Part shown: piece by piece, positions 12,401 to 26,000 of the stretch
How positions within the stretch are numbered: the stretch's first letter is position 1
How the letters are laid out: every line of letters starts with the position of its first letter
Assembly: GCA_003568945.1 (NCBI GenBank)
Contig: BDIP01000037.1
Span: 1 to 39,550 of the forward strand
Direction: 5' to 3'
Length of the DNA: 39,550 nt
Source of the DNA: Kipferlia bialata
Lineage: Eukaryota
Made by a program: the position numbers and the translations under genes
The notes under the pieces: generated by a model
The model's input: the letters and a program-made list of their open reading frames with translations, nothing else
Told to the model about the DNA's origin: nothing
The model's database searches: none

Positions 12401-15400
12401 GGAGGCCTGAGGCCACACTCCAAGAGGGGCTGTCTGCCTTTGATGTCTTGGCCGCCTTGCGAAGTGGGGACACAGACAGTGTGCTGGCCCGACCTGATGA
12501 GACTGAGCAGACACGGGATACGGCACCAGCAGAGATACAGGTATGGGTTGAGTATATGGCTGGCCTCTGTGGAAGACCTGATTAACCCCAGGTACGCAGG
12601 ATGACTGTGGACGTTGTGCTTGCGGCACCTGTGGTAGCTGTGTTCCCAGTACCTGGTCAGCGAGAGAAGGGGGTCTTGGTCATCAACTGTGGAACGCTCA
12701 GGCACGGTGTATTTACAGTGTTTGTCTCTCTATCTATTATGTGATATCCACTGACACATAGGGTACGGGACTCGCCATCAGCGCAGAGTTTCACTAGCCG
12801 ACTACCCAGGGTGTCAACGTCTAGGACCTCACTCTACGACACATACTCAGTCGCTATTGAGGTATACGCTGTTACGCTATTGTACTGTTTTCTGGATTGG
12901 TTCTGCACACGAATTGGCCGCATTACATGATTTTACCCCAGGATACCACTCTGTCCTACTGCACCGATCTTGGGGTGTTTAAGTCACTAGTGCATACCTT
13001 CAGACGACGTGCCACCCCACATAGCCACCTCTTCTCCACCCGGACAGGAGTCAAGCCACTTCTCTCGAGACTGTCTACCAAGCTCTATATTGCTAGGAGT
13101 CTCGGAATTGCCGAAGTCCCAGGCGTGTACCTGTTTGCAGCCCTTGGAGGTCTAGATGTCACTGTGTCTCACGGGGTACGCACTTAGTGATCTTAGTGAC
13201 CTATAATTATTCGTATCCACTGTTTCTGTCGTCCTATCCTCTTACTGCCAGCGTCTGTTTGGGGTCCAGCAACTGATCGGGGGGCTAATTGAGTGCTTTA
13301 TCGTGCCATCCCATACCAATACTGCCCCAACTCCGATTGCCTGTCTACCAGAGTCAAGTACAGCTGTATCGCCAAATGAGGACCTCGGGAGTGCCAAGGT
13401 CAACGTCGGTTCGCTCGTGTCTGCTCTGACTGAGAGTGCCGACGACACTAATACCCGTGGCCCTGTCCTTACCAGTGTTGACCTGGCAGTGGAGGCCCTC
13501 ACCGTCACTGTCGGAGAGGGGGATGCCGTTGAGTTCTCTGCTGCCGTGACATCCATCAGGGCCAAGGCTGATGTCAGGGCAGCCCAGTCTGAGGCTGTGG
13601 TGGAGGTGGCAACAGTGCGTGTCCTCAACAACGCTGGTGTGGCACTGGTGACAGCAGGGGTGCCACAGTCCACTGATGGGTCGCAACCCTTTGTGAGCGT
13701 CGCCTACTCTAACCAGACCGGTGTTGCAGACATTCTTGGATCGGCCCCCTCTCTTGGGTTGCAGACCGTAGACGTTGGGGTGAGTCAGATTGACGTGGTG
13801 CTGGATAGGGACTCTCTGAACAGGATATCAGCCATTGCGGAGGAGACCCTAGGCATGTTGGCACTGCCCAGTGTAGACAGCCAGGGTGTAGGGACGGCAG
13901 AGACCATGTCGAGAGAGACCTCGGCAGACACAGTGGTTGTAGAGACTGACTCAGAGCTTGTAGCCAAGATCAGAAGAGGATCAGGAAAGCGGAGAGAAGC
14001 GCTGAGGCCGCACTATAGTATGGTTGTGAACGCCTCCCTTACTGGTGTGTCTACCCTGCTATGCACCTCCCTCGAGCCCCTCTCTACTGTCACCATTGAC
14101 AGGGTGTCGTGTAGTGTGGGTCTTTGTGCCAACGGCAGTCTGTATATCGAGGCAGACCTTGGGGACCTGGGAGCAACCGACATGCAGGAGGGCACCCTCT
14201 GGCCTAGCATCGTGTACAGCACCACCAGACATGGCCACACCCACCTGGATCCCTTGCTGTCTGTCAGTATGGTCAAGGACCCCACCAGCCCATACGCACA
14301 GGAGGTGCATGTGGACATACCACGGGGCCTGGGGGTGGTCTATGTGGCAGACTATGTGCAGAGGGTGACCGACTTCTTTAGTGCCCACGAGGAGGACTCA
14401 GCCGCTATCAAGGGGGCCATTGCAAAGACGGGGGCGGTGGTGGGGGAGACCCAGACCCAGCTGAGGGAAACGCTTGTACAGCCCGCACAGACGTCTCTCA
14501 TGAAGTTTTCCCTGACAAGGGCGTCTCTGGAGCTAATAGTGCCCAAGTGGATAGACAAGAGTGACCATGTCAGGTACATATATTGGGAGAGTAATAATTC
14601 CATTGAGGTGCTAATTACAGGATGCGAGGAACGGGAATGTCTGTGGACCTCCTCTATGATGTGAGGGAGACAGAGCACGGCCCAGTGCCCGTGCGTGCCA
14701 TAGACCTGTCTGTCTATGGATTCAGGGCAGAGACCTCTATTGGGACAGACGATGTCATGGAGGGTGCGGATGGAGTTGGGTATGTTGTCACAAACCTGCT
14801 GGCCCCTGTTAACGCAAATGTCTTCCTAGAAAGTCCCTTGGGATCCATGGGCCCCTCTGAAGATACGTGTGTGTCTGTATGCCTCTACCAGGGCACCCCC
14901 ACCACTTGTGACATGCACCCTCTGGTGGCAACCCTGACCCGCCAGCAGTACCTGTTCCTGAGCTCTCTCTCCCAGCCTGGGACAAACCTAGGTGGGGAGC
15001 CATCGTCCCCTTCTAGCGAGAGAGCAGCTGGACCAGTCAGTCCGGCAGAGAACATCTCGACTGGGAACAGCATAGTAGGGCAGGTGATATGTTTGTAGTT
15101 ATGCCGGTAGGACCTATAGCTCATCTACATACTTCTTGAAACTTCCTATCTTATGTATATTGTGGTCCATAGTCTATGGATGTCCCGCCGCCTCTGTTTT
15201 ACGTCAGTTGGTTGGTGTTAGTAGTACCATCCCTTCCCTTGGGTCTCCTGTGGCCCTCTCTTTCTGCTGTCCTGCTCTGCTGTTAAAGATGGTCCCCAGT
15301 CACAACGAGACAGGTACACATCATGACATTCGCGACCTTGTGGTTTGTACTTACCCAGGGGAAGCAAGCCTTCGAATTGACGGTCTCTCTTGGAGCCTCA

Positions 15401-18400
15401 CACAGAGTGGGTCCGCTACTCATTCTTGTCTCAGTCTCTCAAAGGAGTTGAGTGTCACATACTCGTCCCCTATCGCAGCAGATAGAGCGACACTACTATC
15501 AGTGTTACCAAATGGGGAGACTCAACCCATTAGTGTACAGGTATAATATGTGTCCAACTAGTCGCGGTTGGCTACGATACTGATCTCAGGTGATGCTTGA
15601 CAGTCAGTCGCATAGTGCGTCAGTCAGCCTTCACACGTCCTGCATAGAAGTCAGAGCCTTGCCGACCCCTATCAGTAGTATCCTAGCGTTTGTGGCACCA
15701 CTGGCTGACTCATCCCCTTCTGGCAGCGACCACTCTTGTGTCACACGCCTGGGGTCTCCCTCCAGCCTTCAGTCACCACTGACTGAGACTGCTCCCCCTC
15801 CCCCTCAGAACATCTTCCAGCTTATGGGGGCCCTGAGGGGAGAGCCTGAGGACACCACACCCGTACTGCTTGTACCTGATACAATGGTGGTCCCTGTGTC
15901 TGACAGTCCCCTCTTTGTTGGTCTTGGTCGCTTCCTCTGCCCGGTGTCTACAGGAGACCCAGGCACCATGCTCCACCACCTGCCAGAGGGCTATGTGCGC
16001 CTGTCGGTAGTGGAGCCATCCCTCGCCTCATGCTCCACTCTCATGGGCCACAGCCAGTCTGAGATATCCACTGTCACTGTACAGTGCTCCACAAGTGTGA
16101 GGCTAATGGTGCCAGAACAGGTGTGCCTATTACCATCATCTCACAAAGATATGTATTTGTATCCTGTCGGGTTCATTGAGTATCTTGTCGATACTTATGA
16201 ACTTTACTCACCCAGGTGGATGACAACTCGATTCTGGTGTGCCTGGAGGCTGTTCTCTCGACAGATGCCTCTATTGTAATGAATCAGTTCGAGAGGGGTA
16301 CAGGCCATAACACCAGTGCCTCCCTTACGGTGGAGGGCCTTAGTCTGCGGGTCTTACATGAGGAGATCCACAGGTGAGACTGTATACTCTTTCTGTCAAG
16401 GTTTTCTCTCCCACTCAGTATCCTATAGCTTACCTCAGAGACGACGGTATATTGAAGAGCGGTATCCTGTCCATCACCGTGCAGGAAATGGGTCTTCAAC
16501 CAGATCCATCTCTGGTTGCAGCTGCCTTCCCCCAGCCTGAGAGAGGTCCAAGAGCCACCAAGCGCGTATCCGACCAGGTGTGCGCAATGTTTGCTGAGAA
16601 GGCCTTTGTTGATGTTCGTGCTTGTCTTGAGGATGAGGTGGCTGTCAGTGTCGGTGGGACCGCTATCAACACAATCCGGCGGGCCCTGGTACTCTCCTCC
16701 CAGATAGGTCACTCATCTGATGACATAGTCGATGTGGGACAAGATCACAGAGATGACGGACAAGATGACGGTCTGTTCAAGACTGAGACCCCGAGTGGCA
16801 GGGCAGACAAGGCTGACCGGACCACATACAGTCTCATATCTCTGCAGGTGGAGAAGGTCCGGGTGTTCCTCATGTCCAGATTCAACCACCCTCTCCTCAA
16901 GCTGAAGGTGCCTGGTGTATCAGTGTCGCTGCAGGCTAGGAGAGACACCCTGGAGGCTAGTCTGGAGACCCAGGCCCATGTGCGGTACTTCGACCCCGTG
17001 GCCTTGGCCTACCACTACCTACTGCAGCCCATAAGCATCTCTGCCTCCGTCTCCCAGGCGCATGCCACAATACAGCGCCAGACAGACACCGAGGAATCGT
17101 CAGAAACTGACACTGAGAGTTCAGAAGCAGACTCAGAGAGTGTGGAATCTGGTACTGTGTGCAGTACACATGTCACTCTGGATATACGTGGGTCAGAGTC
17201 AGAGACAGTCTACATTCACCTCCCTGAGCCTGCAGTTGCCGCATTGGCTGCCGCTGGAGAGGCCTTAGGAACGGATGTAGTCGCTGAGTCCACGAGTACA
17301 ACTGCTAACGAGGCATCAGGTGTGTGATTCTATATATGCAGCTAATGTGTGTTCCTATCTCACCCAGGCGTCACAGAGTTCCTGTGCGTCAACCATACCG
17401 GGGTCCCCTTTGTCCTGATAGCACACACAGAGTCCTTCTCTCCAGATGACTACATGCCACTGTCGGACTTTGCCTTGTCGTGCTGTGCCTTTGGAGACAT
17501 GGGTGAGAGGTGCACGGGGATATACTCCCAGGTCCAGTCCAGTGTGGCTGAGGCGGCTCGAGCTCAAGGGGAGACGTGCGTGGTGTCCTGGGTCGAGGAT
17601 GGGGACAGAGCGACATTCGACCTCGCCTCAGAGGGCAAACCAGTGGGCTCCATTCTGTTTGGAGACCTCTTTGAGCCCCTGGTAGGAGTCTCACCCACTA
17701 AGCCGGGTGTGTTTGCGTACACAATGGTTCCGAGAGAGGCATCGGGTCTCGCCATGGCCTCAGTCCCAGTGGTGATCACAGTGAGAAGGGTCGGCATGCA
17801 GACGCTGGTTGACGTCTCGTCGAAGGTGTGATGCAATTGGTGTATATGTTCAGTCGCGTTCACTCTCTGTGTACTATTTCCTGACGTCAGTACAGCCTCA
17901 CCAATATGTTCCTGAGCCCTCTGCGTCTGTCAGTCCAGAACAGTTCAGAAGAGGGAGGGGAGAGCACCGAGGTGGAGGTCCTGGTGCCCCCAGGCCACAA
18001 GAGGTACCTACCCCTGATGCACACCCTGGCCCCTCTAGTCGGGGTCAGTGTGGCACTGTGTGCGGGGGGCACAGCTATATACACGAAGGAAGTGCCCACC
18101 GGTCACTACAACGCCTTCCTCAGGTCTCATGCCTATAACGAGACCCAACACACCATATCCGAGTCACAACACGCCGAGTATCAGCCTAGTGAGTACATTC
18201 CTGTCGGTGGCCGTATTATTGGCAGTGTGACATGCAAACCGGTCCAGGAAGGAGGTCGTGACATGCACATAGGACACTCCCTCAGTACGGTATCAGTTCT
18301 CACTGCGGGTAGTGATGTGGGTCCCTGTGAATACCAGGACAGACTGCGGCATCTGTACCTGTTTCCCACCCTTCGCATTGTCAACGACTGCATCTACCCC

Positions 18401-21400
18401 ATCACCGTGGTCCTGTCCACTTTGACAATGCCTCCAGGGGTGGTCAAGAAGAAACATGCGATCAAGGAAAGGATGCTTCTCAAGATTGGAGCCAACAGCA
18501 ACCTGGATGTTCCTCTTGTACACCCCGATCAGAGGGTGGCAATCAACAGGATAGCCCTAGATGTGGGTACGGGTTATGACACGACAGAGTTCTCAAGAGA
18601 CTTTACCCGAGTGGGCAATGTACCCCTCACTCTCTGGAAACACCGTGGGCACACCAGTGACCATGTTCCCCCAGAGGTCAAGCTGAAGGGACCGGGGGAG
18701 AGACGCCTCAGGATAGGGGTGGAGTTTGATGGCTGGAGGGATACGGGGGGGACAGCCCTGCTGAGAATATTCCCGCCATATTTGGTGAGTCTTATAGTGT
18801 AGTATGATATAGTATAGTGTGTCCCTTGCATTACCCCATAATAGTACCACCTATCTGGGCGACGGGATTCTGGCAGAGACTCTTCAACTTCACTCATGCC
18901 TGACGTCAGGTTCGGAACTCCCTCTCAGACCACACCGTGACCACCACCGCCCAACCTATAACGGGACTCACCTCATTTGCAGTCGACCCAAAGGAGCAAC
19001 GAGTCCTAAGAGAGGGAGACACGTGCATGTTTGGCTACTCAAGTCTCGAGTACGCAGATCAGAAGGAAGGATCCAAGACCCAAGGCCTGCCTAAGGTACA
19101 GTGTACCATTGACAACATCTTCTACCAGAGTTGTGAGAACACTTACCGTCAGGCTAAGCTCCTTTGTGTGGCCATTCAGGCACGGCCTGCCCTGTCAGAC
19201 GTCGACGGAGTGCAGCTGGCTGGAAGAGTAGGTATGGTGAGAGTATGTGGGATGGCAGCCCGGCATCACAGTATGACACTCTTGATCATACTCAAGTCTC
19301 ACCCCAAGAGCCGTTCCACCTACAGACGGGTATCATGACCACTGCTGGACACGAGCACACCCCACTGGGAGTACCATGTCTGGCCAGTACATCGCTGTGC
19401 TGCAATGGTAGAACCAAGATTGTGTCCATTGAGTACAGGTACATGTGTCTATCGTGTATTGGGTGTCAGGTCCATGTTTCAGTGTTCTTCTGATAACAGG
19501 TGTACCATCCTGAACTATTCCCACCGGGACATTGACTGCCTGGTGGGCCCAGCAGGTAACAGTGGCCGAGTCAGGGAGGAGTACGGCCATGTAAGTGTTG
19601 CTGGTAGGGCTACTGTCCCAGTGATAGAGGGGTGTGTGGCATCAGCCGATGGGGAGGTATACCTCTACTTCGTCGACCCGTCTGCATACGTGTCTAGTTC
19701 TGCCCCAACTGGTGGGATTCTCTCCGTATTTAGAGTTGTAGACTTCCTAGAGTCTGCACCCCTTATCCCTGGTCTCTCTGCAATGGTTCCATATGGGATC
19801 AACCTAGACGTGGCTGGGGTACACGACGTGCTGGTACCCACCGTGGGTCAGGGTGTCCCCCTCAGACTGACGGTCAAGGTGGACGTCGAGGCAGGTCGTA
19901 GCTCAGTGAAGGTCTACTCGACAAGGTCGGATGCCCCCGCTCCCTATCGGGTTGAGTCTCTCTGCCCATTCGACGTATGTGTCTCCCAGTCTATGGAGGA
20001 TAGAGAGACAGAGCACCCGTTAGAGTCCATTACCTCACTAGGGTCACCTACAGTTCAGACTGTGACAGTGCATTCTACAGTAGTACCTGCCATGGGGGTC
20101 TCGGACTTCTTTCTACACGATCCCAACATGCCACACCGTATGCATGTCAAATCAGCTGACAACACTCAGACGGCAGCTGTGACGTTCGAGGGAGACTTTG
20201 ACCTCACCACCCATCTCCGCAAGATACGGCAGCACAGGTACTCTGGAACATCGGTCTACACGGTGCTGGTGTTTGACGGGCAGACCAGGCGTGTGTATCT
20301 GTGCCCCACCAAGGCAGAGGCGGAGGAGTGCAGGCTGAAGTACTCCTCACGCCGCATATACACTGCAGAGAGGGAGGAGACCCGGCTTCTGCTCTTTGTT
20401 CCCAGGATATGCGTCTTTGCCTACATCACTGATGACGACCAAGGCCCTGCCTCCAAGAGGGCGGAGTGCATGTGTGTCACAGTCGACCAGCCCGAGCTGG
20501 AGGCACGGGACTGCGGTGGGGTGCAGAGTCTGAGGCTCAAACTGAGGGGCGTCCAGCTTGATAACCAGCACCTCCGTGGCTCACTCCTGTACCCAGTGGT
20601 TCTCAGGATAGGCGAAGAGTTGCAGATCAGTGCCTCCCTTGCGAACTCTAGGTATGAACCAGACCCAGATGCCCCACCCGCCGTAGTGCTGAAGGTAGAC
20701 GGGGTGAGACACACCTCGAACCCTGCAAGGAACGTCACCTCCTACGAGGGAATCTGGCTGGACATCGGGGGTGTCTACATGGCAGCCGAGCAGTCGTTCC
20801 TGGAGACCGTGTCTGTGTATGCCGAGGCTGTGGCCGCCAGTCTGTCCCAGACCCTTAGCAGCAGGGCCACCCTGGCCAGACTGGGTCAGGGCAGGGAGGG
20901 GGAGAGTGTGCTGGTGCCCAGGAGACCCCCCCAGACACGGGTTGAGCAGACTGACCCGGACATGCTCACAGCCGCCACAGGTGCCTCTGGGGTGTTTGTG
21001 GAGCAGATCCACGTGTCAGACACCCCAATCTGCCTGACCTTGAAGCTGCTAGACCCCCTGAATACCCTTGCAGGTAGCTAGGTCACCCCAACAGCGATAT
21101 GCACAATGGTCCACTATATAGTACCGGGTCTCTGTTTTAGTTTCTAACCCGTAGGAGGTTTCATGGAAGGTGTGCTGAACAGTGGCATCTCTGCTGCTGC
21201 TTTAGAGAATGCCCACCTGGAGCTACCCAAGCTAAAGGCCAAGGGAGTATACGGCCATGTGGATCAGGTACTCACCATCACCACCATTTCACCTCCAGTG
21301 ACCTCTGTGTAGTACGAAATAGTATTATTCTCTCGTGTGTGTGATATTTGATGTGTCTTCAGCCATGTGAGTGGATGCCATCCACCCTCACCTAGGTATT

Positions 21401-22650
21401 GGCCAGCCTCCTGGGATTCTACGTCAGCGCATTCAGCTCGGATGTCCTCGGTATGTCATTGGTCAACTGACTACGCGAGGAGTGCATATATGCTTCGAAC
21501 GTCACTAATAACACCATCACAGATCGAAGCCTAACTCACAGGTATACTGGGTATTGGAGCATCTACCTCTCTACTCGGCAATGCCCCCAGGTACGTAGTG
21601 TTGGTACAAGTACCTGTTGTTCCCCCCTCTTCTCTCATAATCTGTCCCTTATCCTAAGGGCGCTGGGCTCTCTGTCGGCTGGGGTTGTGGAGCTGGGGAC
21701 CTCAGACTCAGCCGTGAAGGGCATCACAGGGTTCGCAAGGTACTGTTATTGAGTCCTGTCCCCTGTGTATTCTTATGTATTCTAATGTATTCTAAACTCG
21801 GAGTGTTCCCCTTGTGTTCTATATATCCTATACATCCTAACCACCCCAGGCACACAGCCACCACCGTCACCACCATTGTGAGCAATGTGTCAGGGTCTGT
21901 GGGAGAGACACTCGTCAGGTATAACTGTGTACAGTCCACTATTACAACTATGGATATACCATCATAATGCATCTCTCAGTGTATGATGCCCCCCTACTGA
22001 TGACAACGATACTCATTTGATGTCAGGACTGCAGCCAATGATGGTTTCACCGACAGACACAAGAGGGCTCTCAAGAAGTCAAAGACCTCTATGACGAGTG
22101 CCGTCAAGTGAGTCGGACTGTCACACTGTCTCTATCTCAGTGTACTACTCACCCACCTTCAGCACTCACCCCAGCCAGTCTGCCAAGGGAGTGGTGGATG
22201 GGTTCAGCACAGGTCTAACAGGGGTCTACAAATGCCCACAGAGAGCCCTTGAGAGACGGGGCAAGATGGGTCTTCCCAAGGGGGTGAAGAAGGGGCTAGT
22301 GCAGTGCATAGCGGCCCCAGCGGCAGGTGTGTACTGCATAAATATGTGTTGCAAATGTATTCCGACACCTGCATATATGTGTCCTCTATAGGTACCAGAC
22401 CAATACGATACATCTTCTGACCCCAGGCCTTGTCAACGTGTTGGCATACACTACTGCCTCTCTGCATAGCTCTGTGTCGGTGTCGGCTGTGGTGCCGGTT
22501 TTCGACCCCAAGCACTATCTGGTCAGCGATGCCCTGCTAAGGCAAGAGGAGCCTAAGGGGGCAGAAGGGACTGAGGGGACACAGGATGTTGACGACACCC
22601 AGCGAGGGGGGATTGGGCGAGGGGAGGAGGGAGCAGACACTGACCTTTGA
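9431..22650 (+). CDS. VPS13: VPS13 family bridge-like lipid transfer protein (many introns)
   Basis: The spliced N-terminus MIESAVASVLAKVLGDFVVVDREDLSVSLSSGHLELRDVEFNKE..LSLRIPW matches the chorein-N pattern. Long beta-rich exons follow, then VAB/SHR-BD-like repeats (LRIVND, IFPPYLVRN, CTILNY, PYRVES) and QLDNQ..YPVVL. The Gly-rich ATG2_C-like end reads SAKGVVDGFSTGLTGVYKCP..GLPKGVKKGLVQCIAAPAAG. Stop at 22648-22650. Confidence 0.92.
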
Positions 22651-23042
22651 TATTCAAACCGACACACACATATAGATCAGTGGAGTATTGAGCGTCCTGG
22701 TACAGTGTATGGTAAATATTTACTGTGTATGGTGCACTGAATATATATATATATAAGGCACGGGACAGATCAGAGCACTTCTATTATACACTAAATGAAT
22801 GTCAGGCACAAAGTAAAAATGTAAGTATCTCATAGATGTGTATCATCTATCCCATCTATCCCATCTATCTCTTGAGCCAGAGGTACACAGTATGGGGCAT
22901 GATGGGTCCGTATGCCCCCTTGATAAGGGTGCCATATACAGAGGCAGCCCAACTAGGCACAAACCTGGCAAGGCCTGATGGATGAGACAGGAGAGAGACT
23001 AGAAGTGTTACATGTCTGGTCAGAGTTAAATATTAATAGAAA

Positions 23043-26000
23043 CTAAAAGGTAAAACACAAGACAGAGAGCCAGTCCTGACCTCTCTTGCCCGGTATCTCC
23101 CTCATGCAGGTCTGTGTCTCTGGGTGGCAGGGCAGCATCACCCTGTACTTCATGATGGATGCACCTGGGTCCATGGCCTGTATGGCCTGGACAGACTGTG
23201 CTACTACCATGTCCCCAGGAGAGATGGGGTCTGAACTGGCACTGGGCTGGGAGTATATGGAGTGGCCATACTCTATCGACCACGGGGACACCCCCATAGC
23301 CTGGGGTGAGAGCATGATGCACATACGATACCAGTCACGTATATATATATATATGGGTGGATACATGACAACTCTCATCTATACATGGACAGTATCAGTA
23401 TCAGTGTCAGTATCAGTCACCTCCAAGGAGTCGTCGAGCAAACACACCCCTCCCGCTGTGGTGTTCAGGATGGACTGGAGGGGGTGCGACCGCTGCAGCC
23501 TGGGGTGAGGTAGTTCCAGACTGTCACATACTAGCACTCATGAATTATATATACAAGTTTATATACATCTACCGCACCTGTTAAACATGCCTCGTGTGAA
23601 CTGGTAGACACAGAAGACACAGAGTGCATACACCCCGATGCAGACTGCAAAGAGTAACAGGGCCATGAGCCTAAGGGTGCGGTACTTGACCAGGGCATCC
23701 TGTCCGGCCCTGACCTGGGGTGAGGGGTGGGGGGTGAGTGACGCATATCGGTGGTGGGTGAAAGGGTGAAAGTAGCGTGTACCTTGGACGGAGTGCACCT
23801 CTTCGACTCTGCCTTGCGGGCTGCCTTCACCTTGTCATGGGCACCGATCAGGATGTACATCGCGTAGCTAGGGTAAGGTAGGGATCATACTTCACTCAAA
23901 GAAAGTGATCTACCCAACCTATACCAGCACAAGTAGAACCTCTATATACACATACATACACACCTTGGTATGACTGCCGCCAGCCCCACCGTCATGAGTG
24001 TGAGGGGTGCCAGAGTGACATGGCCGTCTGACAGTCTGACGCCATACAGACACACGCTCACCAGCAGACCCAGAGAGCACACAAGACCCACAGTGCGGCC
24101 TGGGGGTTACAGAGCGTGTATCAGATATAAAATCAATCATAATGCAGTGCTGGTTCTAGTTCCTAAAAATAACACATATAGTACAAGAAAGTAATTGCCA
24201 CAACATGTGTCCTACCTGCCAGAGCCAATGAGAGGGTGAGAGGCTTGGAGTGGCGACTCTTAGGCTTAACACGGTGTCTGGGATGAGGGAAGGATATAGA
24301 GAACCACATCATGTGGTCCACATGTATTGAGAAACACAAGTATATAGTAACACATACACACGATGACAACACAGCTATTGGGGGGGGGGGCTAGATAAGT
24401 ATTATACACACACACCTGCACCACGTAAGTAGAAGCAAGCCCAGGGGGGCAAGGATGAAGAGAGGCCCAGCGGCCAGAAGAACGATGCTGAGGGTGAGAC
24501 ACACAGTAAGAAGTAGGTGTTTACAGATACCACGCACCTGAGGCCCGAGGAGGTGTCGAGGTGTCTGGTGAGTGCATGGGCAGACCCTATCACAGGGGCC
24601 TGGGGTAGGGGGGGGGCAAGGACAGAGACAGAGCCAATAACTACACATACATATGATACTTATGTCAACACAGCTGAACTCATAGAGATCAATGGCCAAA
24701 ACACTAATACAATATATACACACACATACCCCAAATGCCACTGTGTCCAGGACAAAGCTACAGAGGATGCCGGCCAACAGCCCTATGAGCCCAGCCTCCA
24801 GCACCCGAACAGGGCACAGGCCCTCGGACACAGTGGTCCCTGGAGTCGGAGAGGGGTGGAACCACATGTTTATATCAATATATCTCAATATACAATCATA
24901 CTATCTACAGTGGAGCTACATGTATATGAGTATACATATATATCTGCAGTGCATTGTGGCCCATACCCTGTGCCTCCGGGGCATGTGCCAGGGCCTCTGT
25001 CTCAGCCGTGGATGCACCCAGGAACCTCTGCTCTGCCGCAAACATCTCGTCACTCTGCTTCTCGGTCTGTCTGTGGAGCCTTGCCAGATCCTGGTCAATG
25101 CCGGTCTGGGCCTGACTTCTGTTGACCTGGTGAGGGCTGTGCAGGGTGGCAGAGGCAGGGGTGTACGGCAGGGGAGGTCTGCGTCTCTCTCTCTCCTTCA
25201 TCCTCTGTCTAGCAAGCTCCCGCTGACTAGCATGGGACGGCTTGCGCTCCTTCTCTGCTCTGTGCAGTCTATAGTGAGGTAGGTCTTTAGCGAGGGATAT
25301 GAAAATGGGGATACAAAACGAAAATGAAAAGAGGGGGAGAGGGGAGGTTAGATGGTGGAAGTAAGGACAGAACATTTGTGGAAGACTATATGGCTGTGTT
25401 ACTGAGTGGGTCAGACCAGCAATACCCTGCACTGGATGTCATACACATTATATATACATAACCCCCACCTGCAGAGGATGTATCCCAGGGCCAGGACGTA
25501 AGGCATGAGCCTCAGATCGTAGACTCCACACACATATGCAGAGACAGAGAGTCCAATCAGCTGGTATCTGGGGGTTAGTATCCATTAATTAATCACTACT
25601 CCTATCTCTCACTATCCCTTCATATACATATCCCATATGCTAGGCAGACTACACTGATGCAGAGGCTTGACTCACCCGTATCCCCTGTCAGTCGATAGAC
25701 ACAGGCCAAGGGCAACAGTCAGGGCGGCCTGGGCTACAGCAGGGGTAGAGAGTCTGGCAGTGAGAGGGAGCTGTCTCACTCACAGGAGATGTATCCAACA
25801 CGGCCCCATCTATGCCGTATCACCTAGTTGCAGTGTATGCCAGAGGTCCAGCACTCACAGTCAGCAGCATCAGGATGCATGGGGTCAGTGGTGGTGGCAT
25901 ACGCATAGACACATGATACAAATTATAATATGTTTGAATGGATGGCCCACGGTGTGGATGCCATTGATACATTGATACATACCCGGAGAGAGGAACCTGA

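Noticed and set aside
13242..21012. Numerous antisense and alternative-frame ORFs within VPS13
   Set aside because: Expected shadows of long GC-rich coding exons; no independent motifs.
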